Source: Pseudomonadota bacterium
GTDB taxonomy: Bacteria; Desulfobacterota; Desulfobacteria; Desulfobacterales; RPRI01
Assembly: GCA_043825875.1 (NCBI GenBank)
Contig: JBDRRF010000111.1
Span: 21,357-85,356, forward strand
Reading direction: 5' to 3'
Length of the DNA: 64,000 bases
The notes beneath the pieces were generated by a model. The model did no database searches, was not told the DNA's origin, and saw only the letters and a list, made by a program, of their open reading frames with translations. Shown here piece by piece: positions 18,338-27,301 of the stretch; position 1 is the first letter of the stretch, and every line of letters begins with the position of its first letter. The position numbers and the translations under genes were made by a program.

Positions 18338-20332
18338 TCAACCTTTAGTTGGTTTGGCGCCTATCCAGTAACCTGCGGGGTAGTCCGTTGATTTTGGGAA
18401 AGGCCTGTAAGGAAGCTCTATTGCCAGAGCCAAAATATGGTCATCAATTATTAGCAACAAGTTCTGATCTATTAAAAACTTTACCGCCTTATCAAAATCA
18501 TTGTTTGAAGCCCCCTCCTTATTAATAAATGTTTTCCTCAATACATCAATTTTTTGAGCCGCATCGCATGCCAGATATATTTTTGCCTCTAGTCCATCTA
18601 ATTCGTAAATGGTACGAACTGCAACCGGACGGGTATCAATAATATATACAACTGAAGACTTTCTTACAATCAGCAGTTCAGGACGATCAGGCTCTTTTCC
18701 CCAGAAGAGATTGTTCCATTCTTTTACTGCTCTTTTGACTTTGTGCAGTCCGGTTCTGGAATTCGTTCCAATAAGGGCAGATAAGATGGGATCATTGTCA
18801 CGTTTTCTGCGTTTTACATCTTCAAAATAGCTGGATAAATCTATTAACTCTTTTTCAGGCAGGCCATAATTGAAAGCAATCAGTGGGTATGGTTTAAGAT
18901 CCAGCTTGTAGCGGTCTGCATGCCAATAATAATCACTATATCTGTCATACCTAACCTGATTTACGGAATCCGGTGGCTCCAGGTGAAACAACAGGGGGAT
19001 AATCTTTGCCATTTCATCATACCATTCATCTTTTTCATCCGGAAAATCAAACATGATTTTCCAGACGGAACGAATGCCATACTGGCGAGCCCACTTGAGA
19101 TACTGTATGTTTTGCCAGGCAAAGGTGCCCTTTTTCATAAGGTGAAGTATTTTACTATGCAGACTCTCAATACCCGGTTGTGTCCAGATGACGCCACCCT
19201 CCGACATAATCTTGATATCATCCCGTTTAAGGGTTGTCCGGACCTCATAAAATATCCGGTATCTACTACCCTGGCAGATAAATTGCTTAAAAAGATCCGG
19301 AACATGTGAGGAATGTAACGCATTATCTACAGCCTCTATCCTGTCTATGTTGTAGCGGTCATGCAATTTTGCTATTTCATTAACGACTTGTTCTACCGGT
19401 TTTGCTCTTTGTCCGTCATTTCTTCCGTTCAAACCACAGAACCTGCATTTTCCCCAGAAGCAACCCCGCGATGTTTCAACAGGCAGGCAGGATACAAGCG
19501 TTCGCTTCAATTCCGGAAAACCGGCGAGTGTTGTAAAATACGCATCATAATCAGGAGGCGGAATGTTTTTTAGAGATGACAAGGTGGCCCTCGGGAAGGG
19601 ATCAGGATACAGGCTTGCTTCCTGACAGGCTTTCGGATAGCCTTTTATCCTGTGTAAAGGGGCAAAAACGCCTTGGGGGATCTCATCCGGGGGTACATCG
19701 GCCCCATTCCCTAAGATAGTTTTGACGAGAGGTACTATTAACTCATCAGCCTCACCGCTTACTACATAATCCACAAATATAAAATTTTTGTGGGTCGCTA
19801 CCCCCATGGTGGTTTCGCAATTTGCGCCACCCATCAATGTAACGATTTCGGGGCATTTTTCCCGCACCCTTTTAAGCAATGCAAGGCTTGGCAGGTGTTG
19901 CTGGAAAGTGGAAGAACACCCGACCATGCGCGGATTTTCTGCGGCAATACGGTCTGCAATCTCTTCAATATAGCTTTTCGCTGTTTTTTTGACAGCGCGA
20001 AGCCGATCCCGAAATGTATCCGGCGGTATATAAGCTGATAACTTCAACTCTTCGATTAGTTTATCAAGATATATTTCATCAGTATCGGTTTTATCCTCAA
20101 ATACAAGACTTGAAAAAACCCAATCGGCTATCCCGAATGTGGAAGATGATTTTTCAATCATCACATAATCTTCTACTTTAACATGGTCACATAAAAGAAG
20201 ATTGCCATAAAGGATTTGAACCTTGATTTCACTTGATGCCAGAATGGAAGAAAGTATTCCAAGTGCCAAGGATGGCCGCTCAAGAGCAGCAAAAGGCATG
20301 TTCACCAGAATTATATCACTTGAAATTTTAAT
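18338..20332 (-). CDS. B12-dependent radical SAM RiPP maturase (TIGR03975/PoyB-PoyC-like C-methyltransferase), paralog 2
   Basis: LVNMPF...RPSLALG, FQQH, GGANCE, ETSRGCFWGKCRFCGLNG, QPGIES. Homology to paralog 1 extends to an ATT at 20332 (the ORF track uses GTG 20305). Confidence 0.85.
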   Translation of the reverse strand: MKISSDIILVNMPFAALERPSLALGILSSILASSEIKVQILYGNLLLCDHVKVEDYVMIEKSSSTFGIADWVFSSLVFEDKTDTDEIYLDKLIEELKLSAYIPPDTFRDRLRAVKKTAKSYIEEIADRIAAENPRMVGCSSTFQQHLPSLALLKRVREKCPEIVTLMGGANCETTMGVATHKNFIFVDYVVSGEADELIVPLVKTILGNGADVPPDEIPQGVFAPLHRIKGYPKACQEASLYPDPFPRATLSSLKNIPPPDYDAYFTTLAGFPELKRTLVSCLPVETSRGCFWGKCRFCGLNGRNDGQRAKPVEQVVNEIAKLHDRYNIDRIEAVDNALHSSHVPDLFKQFICQGSRYRIFYEVRTTLKRDDIKIMSEGGVIWTQPGIESLHSKILHLMKKGTFAWQNIQYLKWARQYGIRSVWKIMFDFPDEKDEWYDEMAKIIPLLFHLEPPDSVNQVRYDRYSDYYWHADRYKLDLKPYPLIAFNYGLPEKELIDLSSYFEDVKRRKRDNDPILSALIGTNSRTGLHKVKRAVKEWNNLFWGKEPDRPELLIVRKSSVVYIIDTRPVAVRTIYELDGLEAKIYLACDAAQKIDVLRKTFINKEGASNNDFDKAVKFLIDQNLLLIIDDHILALAIELPYRPFPKSTDYPAGYWIGAKPTKG

Positions 20333-20366
20333 TTATTCACCTCTTTTTTAAACTGGCTCTTTTGCC

Positions 20367-22412
20367 TCAGATATAATATTGCATATTGTCTATCAGAACA
20401 TTTCCATTTTTGTTGCAAACATCTTCGCACAGTTCCTCTTGTGCCGGATTAAAAAGCCCAAGAGGACAGTCCTCCACTTCGGATAGGGGATTTATTTCTT
20501 CATCAAAAGCAAGCGATAAAATCCTGTTGTCAATTTTAAGCATGATTTTACTATTCAGCATATAATCGATAGCCGAATCGAATTTTTGTGCTGAGAAACC
20601 ATCGGCTTTATATAATTTTCTTAATTTATCCGGATTTTTTGCAGCATCACATGCCAGGTATATTGAACTCTGAAGTTCATCTAACTCAACAGATATGTTA
20701 TTGGTTACGGGACGTGTATCAACGATTTTGACTATCGGATTTTTTTCCTTAATGAACAGAGCAGGCCTTTCATAATTCTTATCCCAGAAATTAGTTCTCC
20801 ACTTGCGAATGGCATTTCTTACCATTTCCAACCCATTTCGTGATCTTATTCCTATTAAATTGGCAAGTAAGGGAGTGGCCTCTTTCTGGGAACGGTTTGA
20901 ATCTTCAAAAAAATATGTTTGGGCCATTAAATCAGCAGGCTTTAGCCTGTAAACCATGCCATAGGATTTAAAAGGTTTCAGCTCCAGATCGAAGTTATCC
21001 GGGTGTTTGCAATATTCGCTGTAGCGATCAAATCTAACCTGGTTTATGGCATCCGGCGGTTCCAGATGAGATAGCAAGGGGATAATTTCAGCCATTTCCT
21101 CATACCATTCATCTTGTTCATCAGGAAAGCCAAACATGATTTTCCATACAGACCGGATTCCATATTGACCGGCCCATTTCAATAATTGTATGTTTTGCCA
21201 GGCAGATGACCCCTTTTTCATTATATCAAGCACCTTGCTGTGAAGGCTCTCTATCCCGGGCTGAATCCAGTTTACTCCCGCTGTATGCAACAACTCAATG
21301 TCTTTTCGTTTAAGGAAAGTCCGAACCTCATAGAATATCCTGTATTTTTTGGACTGCTTTGTCAGTTTGTCAAATAAGTCCGGCAGATGTTTAGGATGCA
21401 ATACGTTATCTACCATATCTATACGATCAATGCCGTAACGTTTTGCCAATGTATTAATTTCAGCAAGTACTCTTTCAGCGGGTTTTATCCGCTGGCCGTC
21501 CTTAGACCCGTTCAGGCCGCAAAAACGGCATTTACCCCAGAAACATCCGCGGGAGGATTCTACCGGCAGAGATGAAATAACCGATTTCTTTAACTCCGGC
21601 ATAGAGTTTAACGTCGCAAAATAATCATCATAATCCGGTATGGGTGATTTGCTCAGATTTTGAGAATCGGCACGAGGGTAGCCATCTCCGGAATTATCCT
21701 TGTTTATTCCAGGATAGCCCGACCGGCGGTGAAGCGGTGCAAAAACCCCATAGGGTATTATTTCAGCGGGTATGTTAATTCCATATTTTATGATTGCCTC
21801 AACGAGCGGTTTTATCAGGTCATCAGCCTCTCCGCTTACAACATAATCAATGAAATCGAAATTTTTGTGGGTTGCCACTCCCATTATAGTCTCGCAATTG
21901 GCGCCTCCTATCAATGTAATGATATCGGGGTTTCTTTCCTTTACTGTTTTAAGAAGTGCGAGACTTGCTAAATGCTGCTGAAATGTAGATGTGCATGCCA
22001 GGATGCGCGGTTTTTCTGAAAGAACAAGCCTTGCAATTTCTTCAACAAAAGCTTCTCCCGCTTCCCTGATTGTTAAGATACGTTGCTTAAAAGTGGCTTT
22101 GTCCAGACGTTTGAAAAGAGGAACATTGTCTATCAGAGCGTTTATATAGTCATCGGAATTTTCATTTGTTTCCGGAAACACCTTCCCGGAAAATATCCAA
22201 TCCCCAAAGGAGTTTTCAGGCGGGATCTTTTCTACGAGAATATAGTCTTGTTTTTTGATGGTTTTCAGAAACAGGATGTTGGCATAAAGGTTGGTAACAT
22301 TGATATTGCCGGCTCTAAGCAAAGACGAAAGAATGCCCAAAGCAAGTGATGGCCTTTCTATTGCAACAAAAGGCATATTTACCAGCATTATATCAGTTTG
22401 TCCTTTAATCAT
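20367..22412 (-). CDS. B12-dependent radical SAM RiPP maturase (TIGR03975/PoyB-PoyC-like C-methyltransferase), paralog 1
   Basis: Same motifs: LVNMPF, GGANCE, ESSRGCFWGKCRFCGLNG, WIQPGIES, QNIQLLKW. Confidence 0.87.
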   Translation of the reverse strand: MIKGQTDIMLVNMPFVAIERPSLALGILSSLLRAGNINVTNLYANILFLKTIKKQDYILVEKIPPENSFGDWIFSGKVFPETNENSDDYINALIDNVPLFKRLDKATFKQRILTIREAGEAFVEEIARLVLSEKPRILACTSTFQQHLASLALLKTVKERNPDIITLIGGANCETIMGVATHKNFDFIDYVVSGEADDLIKPLVEAIIKYGINIPAEIIPYGVFAPLHRRSGYPGINKDNSGDGYPRADSQNLSKSPIPDYDDYFATLNSMPELKKSVISSLPVESSRGCFWGKCRFCGLNGSKDGQRIKPAERVLAEINTLAKRYGIDRIDMVDNVLHPKHLPDLFDKLTKQSKKYRIFYEVRTFLKRKDIELLHTAGVNWIQPGIESLHSKVLDIMKKGSSAWQNIQLLKWAGQYGIRSVWKIMFGFPDEQDEWYEEMAEIIPLLSHLEPPDAINQVRFDRYSEYCKHPDNFDLELKPFKSYGMVYRLKPADLMAQTYFFEDSNRSQKEATPLLANLIGIRSRNGLEMVRNAIRKWRTNFWDKNYERPALFIKEKNPIVKIVDTRPVTNNISVELDELQSSIYLACDAAKNPDKLRKLYKADGFSAQKFDSAIDYMLNSKIMLKIDNRILSLAFDEEINPLSEVEDCPLGLFNPAQEELCEDVCNKNGNVLIDNMQYYI

Positions 22413-22505
22413 ATTCCAATCCTTGATTCAAAATTACTCATAATCGGGATTGCCTTTACAGATACTGGTTCAAGATTAAGCCTGGCCGGTCTTGTATTGG
22501 TGAGT

Positions 22506-23921
22506 TTATAAGGCATCGTCAAAAATTCCGTTTTGAAAAATTGATTGCAAAGTTGCGATGACCGCAAAATAATCTGCGCCGGAGGCAAGCAGTTTCCTGT
22601 TAATTTCCATCGTATTCATCTCACCTGATGCGATCATATCACCCATCTCCTTTAAAAAATCATGCCCCGAAAAACTTGTTTCCCTATACTTTGAACTAAA
22701 ACATATCCCATCATTTGTAGAATGGTATTTCAGGTCCTGACGCAACTTCAGTACCTTGTCATTTTCAAGATTCGATGAAATATTTTCGGAAACGACTTTC
22801 TTTAATATTTGACGGAAATCATCCCCATTTATAAATGTTCCTTCAAAAAATACTTTATAGCCTGAAGGCCATTTTTCGGAAGCGGGGCAGGGACTGATCA
22901 GTTTGATCTTTTTGGTTGCCATGTTGACAACAAAGCCGCTCATACAGGCAATTGTACTACCATCGGCTGTTACGGTTGGATCAGCGTTTGAATACAGGTG
23001 ACGTCCCGCTCTGGCTTTTTTTAGATATAACGGTTTGTTATAAAGCAATAGTCTGGCATTTACCAATTCTTCCGGGGTGAAATTATCATGAACACGCCTG
23101 AGCATAGAGGTTGAGAGAACCGAAAACCGTGTCGAAATGGCATGAAATCTATTTTGCATATTCAACAGTTCGCGCGTTATCTGCACATTGCGCAAGGGTG
23201 CAGCAGTTGTGGTTTGGGGCAGTTCCCCGATAATTTCATGAAAATCCTTTATATAATCCAGATAATGTGGATTATCCATAGGCTCGGTAGCCCAGTAGCA
23301 TACGGATGTCTGACAGGCATCTCCAAAAAGGTCTAACACGGCCTCCAGCACTGAGCGCCATAATTTTGTATTTTGTTCCGTTCGTTCAAATGCACCCTTG
23401 AAATCCTTGGCGGATACACCACAGAAAGGACAGCCCATCGAACAGCCGTCACTTAATTCAAAGGCAAAAAGAGGATAACTGAATATTTTGGAATGTCCTC
23501 CCAGTTCGCTCTCACACCTTTTGCTTTGACGCTGCCGCCAGGCATGGAAGCGCGGCTGTTTTTCCGGAGTATCGCCATGTGACCGCATAAGTTCATTTGC
23601 ATCACAGATTCCCGTAGTCCATTGTGCCCACATTTTGGCAAGAGGACTGTCCCCCATATCTTCGGCAAGAAGCGGCAGAGGATCGCCCCTATCCCATACG
23701 GAGGCCAGGTCCTGAGGGTCAATATCCGCCCCGCATCCGCGGGCAAATTCCTTTCCTTTGCCGGGGTCTTTTCTTAAGGCATCAAGGAATTTACTATCAC
23801 CATAAATGCGTTCGATAAGGCGCTTGGTATGAGCAATGGTTTTTAATTCAACCTCGCTTAATGCAGATAATTTATCTCGGAACAGTTTAAAAACCGATTC
23901 GTTTATTTTATTGGATACCAT
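22506..23921 (-). CDS. Radical SAM peptide epimerase (PoyD/OspD-like)
   Basis: AWRQRQ, FELSDGCSMGCPFCGVSA (CxxxCxxC), YWATEP, PQTTTA, TIACMSGF, ISPC; ATG at 23921 follows GAGAGG. Confidence 0.85.
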   Translation of the reverse strand: MVSNKINESVFKLFRDKLSALSEVELKTIAHTKRLIERIYGDSKFLDALRKDPGKGKEFARGCGADIDPQDLASVWDRGDPLPLLAEDMGDSPLAKMWAQWTTGICDANELMRSHGDTPEKQPRFHAWRQRQSKRCESELGGHSKIFSYPLFAFELSDGCSMGCPFCGVSAKDFKGAFERTEQNTKLWRSVLEAVLDLFGDACQTSVCYWATEPMDNPHYLDYIKDFHEIIGELPQTTTAAPLRNVQITRELLNMQNRFHAISTRFSVLSTSMLRRVHDNFTPEELVNARLLLYNKPLYLKKARAGRHLYSNADPTVTADGSTIACMSGFVVNMATKKIKLISPCPASEKWPSGYKVFFEGTFINGDDFRQILKKVVSENISSNLENDKVLKLRQDLKYHSTNDGICFSSKYRETSFSGHDFLKEMGDMIASGEMNTMEINRKLLASGADYFAVIATLQSIFQNGIFDDAL

Positions 23922-23965
23922 TATTCCTCTCAAAAAAAGATAATGAACTACCCGCCGTAAAGCAG

Positions 23966-23996
23966 AGCGAGATTACCATCAAATGGTAATCCCGCT
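23966..23996 (-). terminator. 14-bp stem-loop between the precursors and the epimerase (leaky terminator or stabiliser)
   Basis: Minus-strand RNA AGCGGGAUUACCAU-UUG-AUGGUAAUCUCGCU (one G-U pair), followed by CUGCUUU. Confidence 0.6.
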
Positions 23997-24025
23997 ATCC
24001 TATTAATCCATAATAACTACAGTGA

Positions 24026-24304
24026 TCAAATAACTCCTACGCAGACCGTAACAACAACCCCTGTGACCGTAACGGCTGTGGCATTGCCGGCACCGCCTGC
24101 TACCTTTTCGAGATCGTCATCACTTAAGCGGCTCTTGGCCTCTTCCGCAAATTTCGTCAACTCATCTTTGCTGAATTTATAGCCGTTTTTATTTGCAATA
24201 GACACGATTTTGTCCATATCCGAACCTGCAGCAGCTAATTCATCCTGAAGGTTCTTCTTCCCCTTGACTTCTGTCTGAAACCTCTTAATTTCTTCATTGC
24301 TCAT
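24026..24304 (-). CDS. Nif11-leader RiPP precursor A; predicted core AGNATAVTVTGVVVTVCVGVI
   Basis: Nif11-type leader (EEIKRF...IVSIANKNGYKFSKDEL) ending in LSDDDLEKVAGG; GGAG RBS. Confidence 0.9.
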   Translation of the reverse strand: MSNEEIKRFQTEVKGKKNLQDELAAAGSDMDKIVSIANKNGYKFSKDELTKFAEEAKSRLSDDDLEKVAGGAGNATAVTVTGVVVTVCVGVI

Positions 24305-24360
24305 ATCATATCTCCATTTGATTGTTATTGATTACGAGTATTGCAATCCGGTGATAGACT

Positions 24361-24624
24361 CTATATTGCTGCACCGGCTAGTACTGATACAACGGCGCCG
24401 CCTGCTACCTTTTCAAGATCGTCATCACCCAGCGCACCGTCTGCCTGGCTTGTTTTTTTGGCATCGATTGCGGCTTGAAGCTCTTTCTGTGTGAATTTAT
24501 AGCCGTGCTTATTGGCACGTTCTACAATTTTAGCCAAGTCACTGCCGACTTCCACAAGTTCCTTTTGAAGTGCCTTGTTTTTATTTGCTTCGGTTTGGAA
24601 TCTTTTGATTTCTTCTGCGCTCAT
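24361..24624 (-). CDS. Nif11-leader RiPP precursor B; predicted core AVVSVLAGAAI
   Basis: Paralogous leader (MSAEEIKRFQTE...GYKFTQKEL...LGDDDLEKVAGG); start 24624 chosen from AAGGA RBS and alignment with precursor A. Confidence 0.88.
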   Translation of the reverse strand: MSAEEIKRFQTEANKNKALQKELVEVGSDLAKIVERANKHGYKFTQKELQAAIDAKKTSQADGALGDDDLEKVAGGAVVSVLAGAAI

Positions 24625-24740
24625 TTTTATTTTCCTTTTTTTAGATGTTGATATTTGTGTTGCATCCATAAGATCGTAACAAGGAGCAACAGTGGGTGTA
24701 AAAGCTCTAATTATGTTTAGATATTTTTATCACCTCCTTT

Positions 24741-25934
24741 TTATTTATACAGGTTTGATGTTTTCAGGGCCTTTTGGAGATATACAGGTGCATCTTTTGA
24801 GGCCAGCTCTTCAAGAGTCAGTAAAGTCAGTGCCAGAAAAATATCGGTTCTGTGATTAACATTGTCAGATCCATGCATAAATGCCCTGTCAAAGTGCTCT
24901 AAATTTTCAGCCGCATATTTTGCAAGTTTCTGGAGTATTTTAAAAGCGCCGTCCGATAGCGGCGGGGACCCCCGGTAATTTTCAATCCTGCCCCCTTTCC
25001 GGTATTCGGGGAAATTTTCCAGACCGAGAAAGCAAAGGAACCAGTCTGCCCGAAAGTGCCCTATCGCCGCTGTAATCCCCATATAGTCGGCGATCAATTC
25101 GTCTAACAACCGGCTGCGCATGGAAGAGAGAACGTGCCGTGTGAAGTAGTGGGCGCACTCATGGTCACGCCGGATTATAATCGACAAACGTATCCAGTCT
25201 TCTTCGGATAGCCCCATTGCTTTGGCCGGTATGCCGCTGTAATGGCCGTCGCTAATGATGATAAACCGGTCCTGGTAAAGATCCTTTTGCAAAACGAGAC
25301 GTTTAAATTCTTCATTCCAGCTTTCTCCGGAAAAATCGAAAGGTTTATCAGCTTCCCATCTTTTGCGATACCTGCCAACCCTGTCCCAGTTATTGTATCC
25401 GGCTATCATGATTGCACCCATGGATTCGGGGATAGGGGCAGGCTCGTTTTTTTCGGTTAGGGCCTGAACAAGGGCTACAAAATCTTCTCTGGCAGCCGTG
25501 ATAATGATGGGCACTCGTCCGGCCGCCGTTTGGTGCAGGTTCAATCTGAGGTCTTCAGGTTTTTTTAACTTCAGGCCGGTTGCCTGTGAGATTTCTTCAG
25601 GATGGATGCCCTTATTCGTGACAGATTTGTAGAATTCCTTTTTGCTGATTCCCTTTTGAATGGGAAACCAGAGCTGCACCAGCGGGATTTTCAGGGAATC
25701 AAAAATGCCTTTGACATCGGCAGATGACAAGTACTCTTCCCAGGCTAAAATATGAGGCTTATCAGGTAGTGGCAGGTTAAGAGGTAGTGCCAAACTGCTG
25801 TGGTCAAACAGGTTCTCGTTATATTTAAGGAGTTCATCTCTCTCATTGGGTTTTGCTCCCAATGATATGAGTACAGAATACCGAAAATGGATACGGCTTT
25901 TTGCAAAAGAGTTTGTTTTACTGGCTGGTGACAT
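24741..25934 (-). CDS. Uncharacterised HExxH-motif protein in the RiPP cluster
   Basis: 397 aa; HECAHYFT followed by LLDELIAD; overlaps the upstream gene by 17 nt. Confidence 0.7.
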   Translation of the reverse strand: MSPASKTNSFAKSRIHFRYSVLISLGAKPNERDELLKYNENLFDHSSLALPLNLPLPDKPHILAWEEYLSSADVKGIFDSLKIPLVQLWFPIQKGISKKEFYKSVTNKGIHPEEISQATGLKLKKPEDLRLNLHQTAAGRVPIIITAAREDFVALVQALTEKNEPAPIPESMGAIMIAGYNNWDRVGRYRKRWEADKPFDFSGESWNEEFKRLVLQKDLYQDRFIIISDGHYSGIPAKAMGLSEEDWIRLSIIIRRDHECAHYFTRHVLSSMRSRLLDELIADYMGITAAIGHFRADWFLCFLGLENFPEYRKGGRIENYRGSPPLSDGAFKILQKLAKYAAENLEHFDRAFMHGSDNVNHRTDIFLALTLLTLEELASKDAPVYLQKALKTSNLYK

Positions 25935-27072
25935 ATTTGAAACTTCCGTTTTTCACAATTTTTATGGAGATGTCCATGTCCACAATATCGCCGTTTTGGG
26001 CAAAGGTGTGAGACCCTGTTACCCCATCCCATTTTTTAAGTTTGTGAAGCTCATCGGCAATCTTTTGGGGGACGGTGGACTTTGCCTTTTTAATGGCGTA
26101 TACAAGCAGGTTCACGGTATCATACCCTTGAGCGGCTGAAGAGTCGGGTTTCACTTTGTATTTTTCTGAAAAATTTTGGATAAAATCATGTGCTTTTTTT
26201 ATTGGAACTTCCGTATGGAATACTGATCCCACATAGGTATTCTCGGCGCTCTTACCGGCGATATTGATTAATTCAGGAGTATCGAGCCCCTCTCCACCGA
26301 TAACTGGAATCATGATACCCAATTTTCTTGCCTCTATCAGAAAAAGGGACACTTGGGGCGTGACACCGGCCAGAAAAATGGCATCAAAATGGAAATTTTC
26401 TTTCCAGTAGTATAAATCCTTTCTGAAAGTTCTTGAGCCGCTCAAAGAGTCATAATCCACTCGGTCAAGAATGGCTATTCCGGTTTGTTCCGCCTGCGTC
26501 TCAAAAGCATTGGCCAATCCCTGGCCATACTCATTATTGGAATGATAAATCATCATGTTTTTATAACCCTGTTTTGCACAGAAATCGGCCAGTTCGCTGC
26601 CGAAAACGGCATCGCTCGGGATGTTCCGAAAAATAAGCTTAAAACCCTGCTGGGTTAATTTGGGGCTTGTGGAACTGGGAGACAGCATGATAAGGCCGTA
26701 ATACTCATAAATAACCGATGCCGGTATGGATACATAGGAATTATAGTGCCCTATGACTGCAATTAGATCCTTATTTTCCGCAAATTGCTGGGCCACGATC
26801 TGACCCGCGGATACGGCAGCTTTATCATCTTTCTTGATCACCTGTATTTTTCGACCGAGTACACCCCCGCTACTGTTAATTTCCTGAACGGCGAATTCTA
26901 TCCCATCCCACAAACCATCCTGTAGTTCGGACCATGGCGCAGCGGCTCCAATAATAATATCGCCGGTTGATTTATCGGCACGCCGGGCCCGTTCCTCGGC
27001 AAGGTTATCCGCTTGAGTGCAGGCCATCATTACGAAAAAAAGAATTGCCGACCCGATGAGTTTTATTTTCAC
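25918..27072 (-). CDS. Branched-chain amino acid-type (LivK/PBP1) substrate-binding lipoprotein
   Basis: Lipobox MMAC; EINSSGGVLGRKI, VIGHYNS, YGQGLA, AQGYD, GVTG motifs; AGGAGG RBS. Confidence 0.85.
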   Translation of the reverse strand: MKIKLIGSAILFFVMMACTQADNLAEERARRADKSTGDIIIGAAAPWSELQDGLWDGIEFAVQEINSSGGVLGRKIQVIKKDDKAAVSAGQIVAQQFAENKDLIAVIGHYNSYVSIPASVIYEYYGLIMLSPSSTSPKLTQQGFKLIFRNIPSDAVFGSELADFCAKQGYKNMMIYHSNNEYGQGLANAFETQAEQTGIAILDRVDYDSLSGSRTFRKDLYYWKENFHFDAIFLAGVTPQVSLFLIEARKLGIMIPVIGGEGLDTPELINIAGKSAENTYVGSVFHTEVPIKKAHDFIQNFSEKYKVKPDSSAAQGYDTVNLLVYAIKKAKSTVPQKIADELHKLKKWDGVTGSHTFAQNGDIVDMDISIKIVKNGSFKYVTSQ

Positions 27073-27159
27073 GATAGTGCCTCCTGCTGCTAACTCTCAT
27101 ACAAACCTTATCATATCCAAATGGAGTGAAATAATGAGAGTATAATAAAAAAACTATGC

Positions 27160-27301
27160 GAGCCAGTTTCAAAACGCCCCAGCTTGGCCGATCTCTGCGT
27201 TGGGCTCAAATTTCAATCCTCGAAATACTCAATGTATTCCTGTGGTTGAAATTTTCTCCCGCCTTGAGCTTGACCAAGCTGAAACGTTTTGAAAGTGGCT
27301 C
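27160..27301 (+). mobile_element. MITE family A, copy 3 (142 bp)
   Basis: Same TIRs; 4-bp direct repeat ATGC at 27156-27159 and 27302-27305. Confidence 0.88.

Noticed and set aside
24026..24100. Lanthipeptide or thiazole chemistry on the Thr/Cys of core A
   Set aside because: No LanM/LanB/LanC, YcaO or kinase-lyase gene is in the window; an enzyme acting in trans cannot be excluded.
24625..24740. Strong AGGAGGTG and an upstream ATG (24669) extending precursor B, or a third precursor
   Set aside because: No suitably spaced start or leader-like ORF follows the SD-like motif; alignment with precursor A supports the start at 24624.
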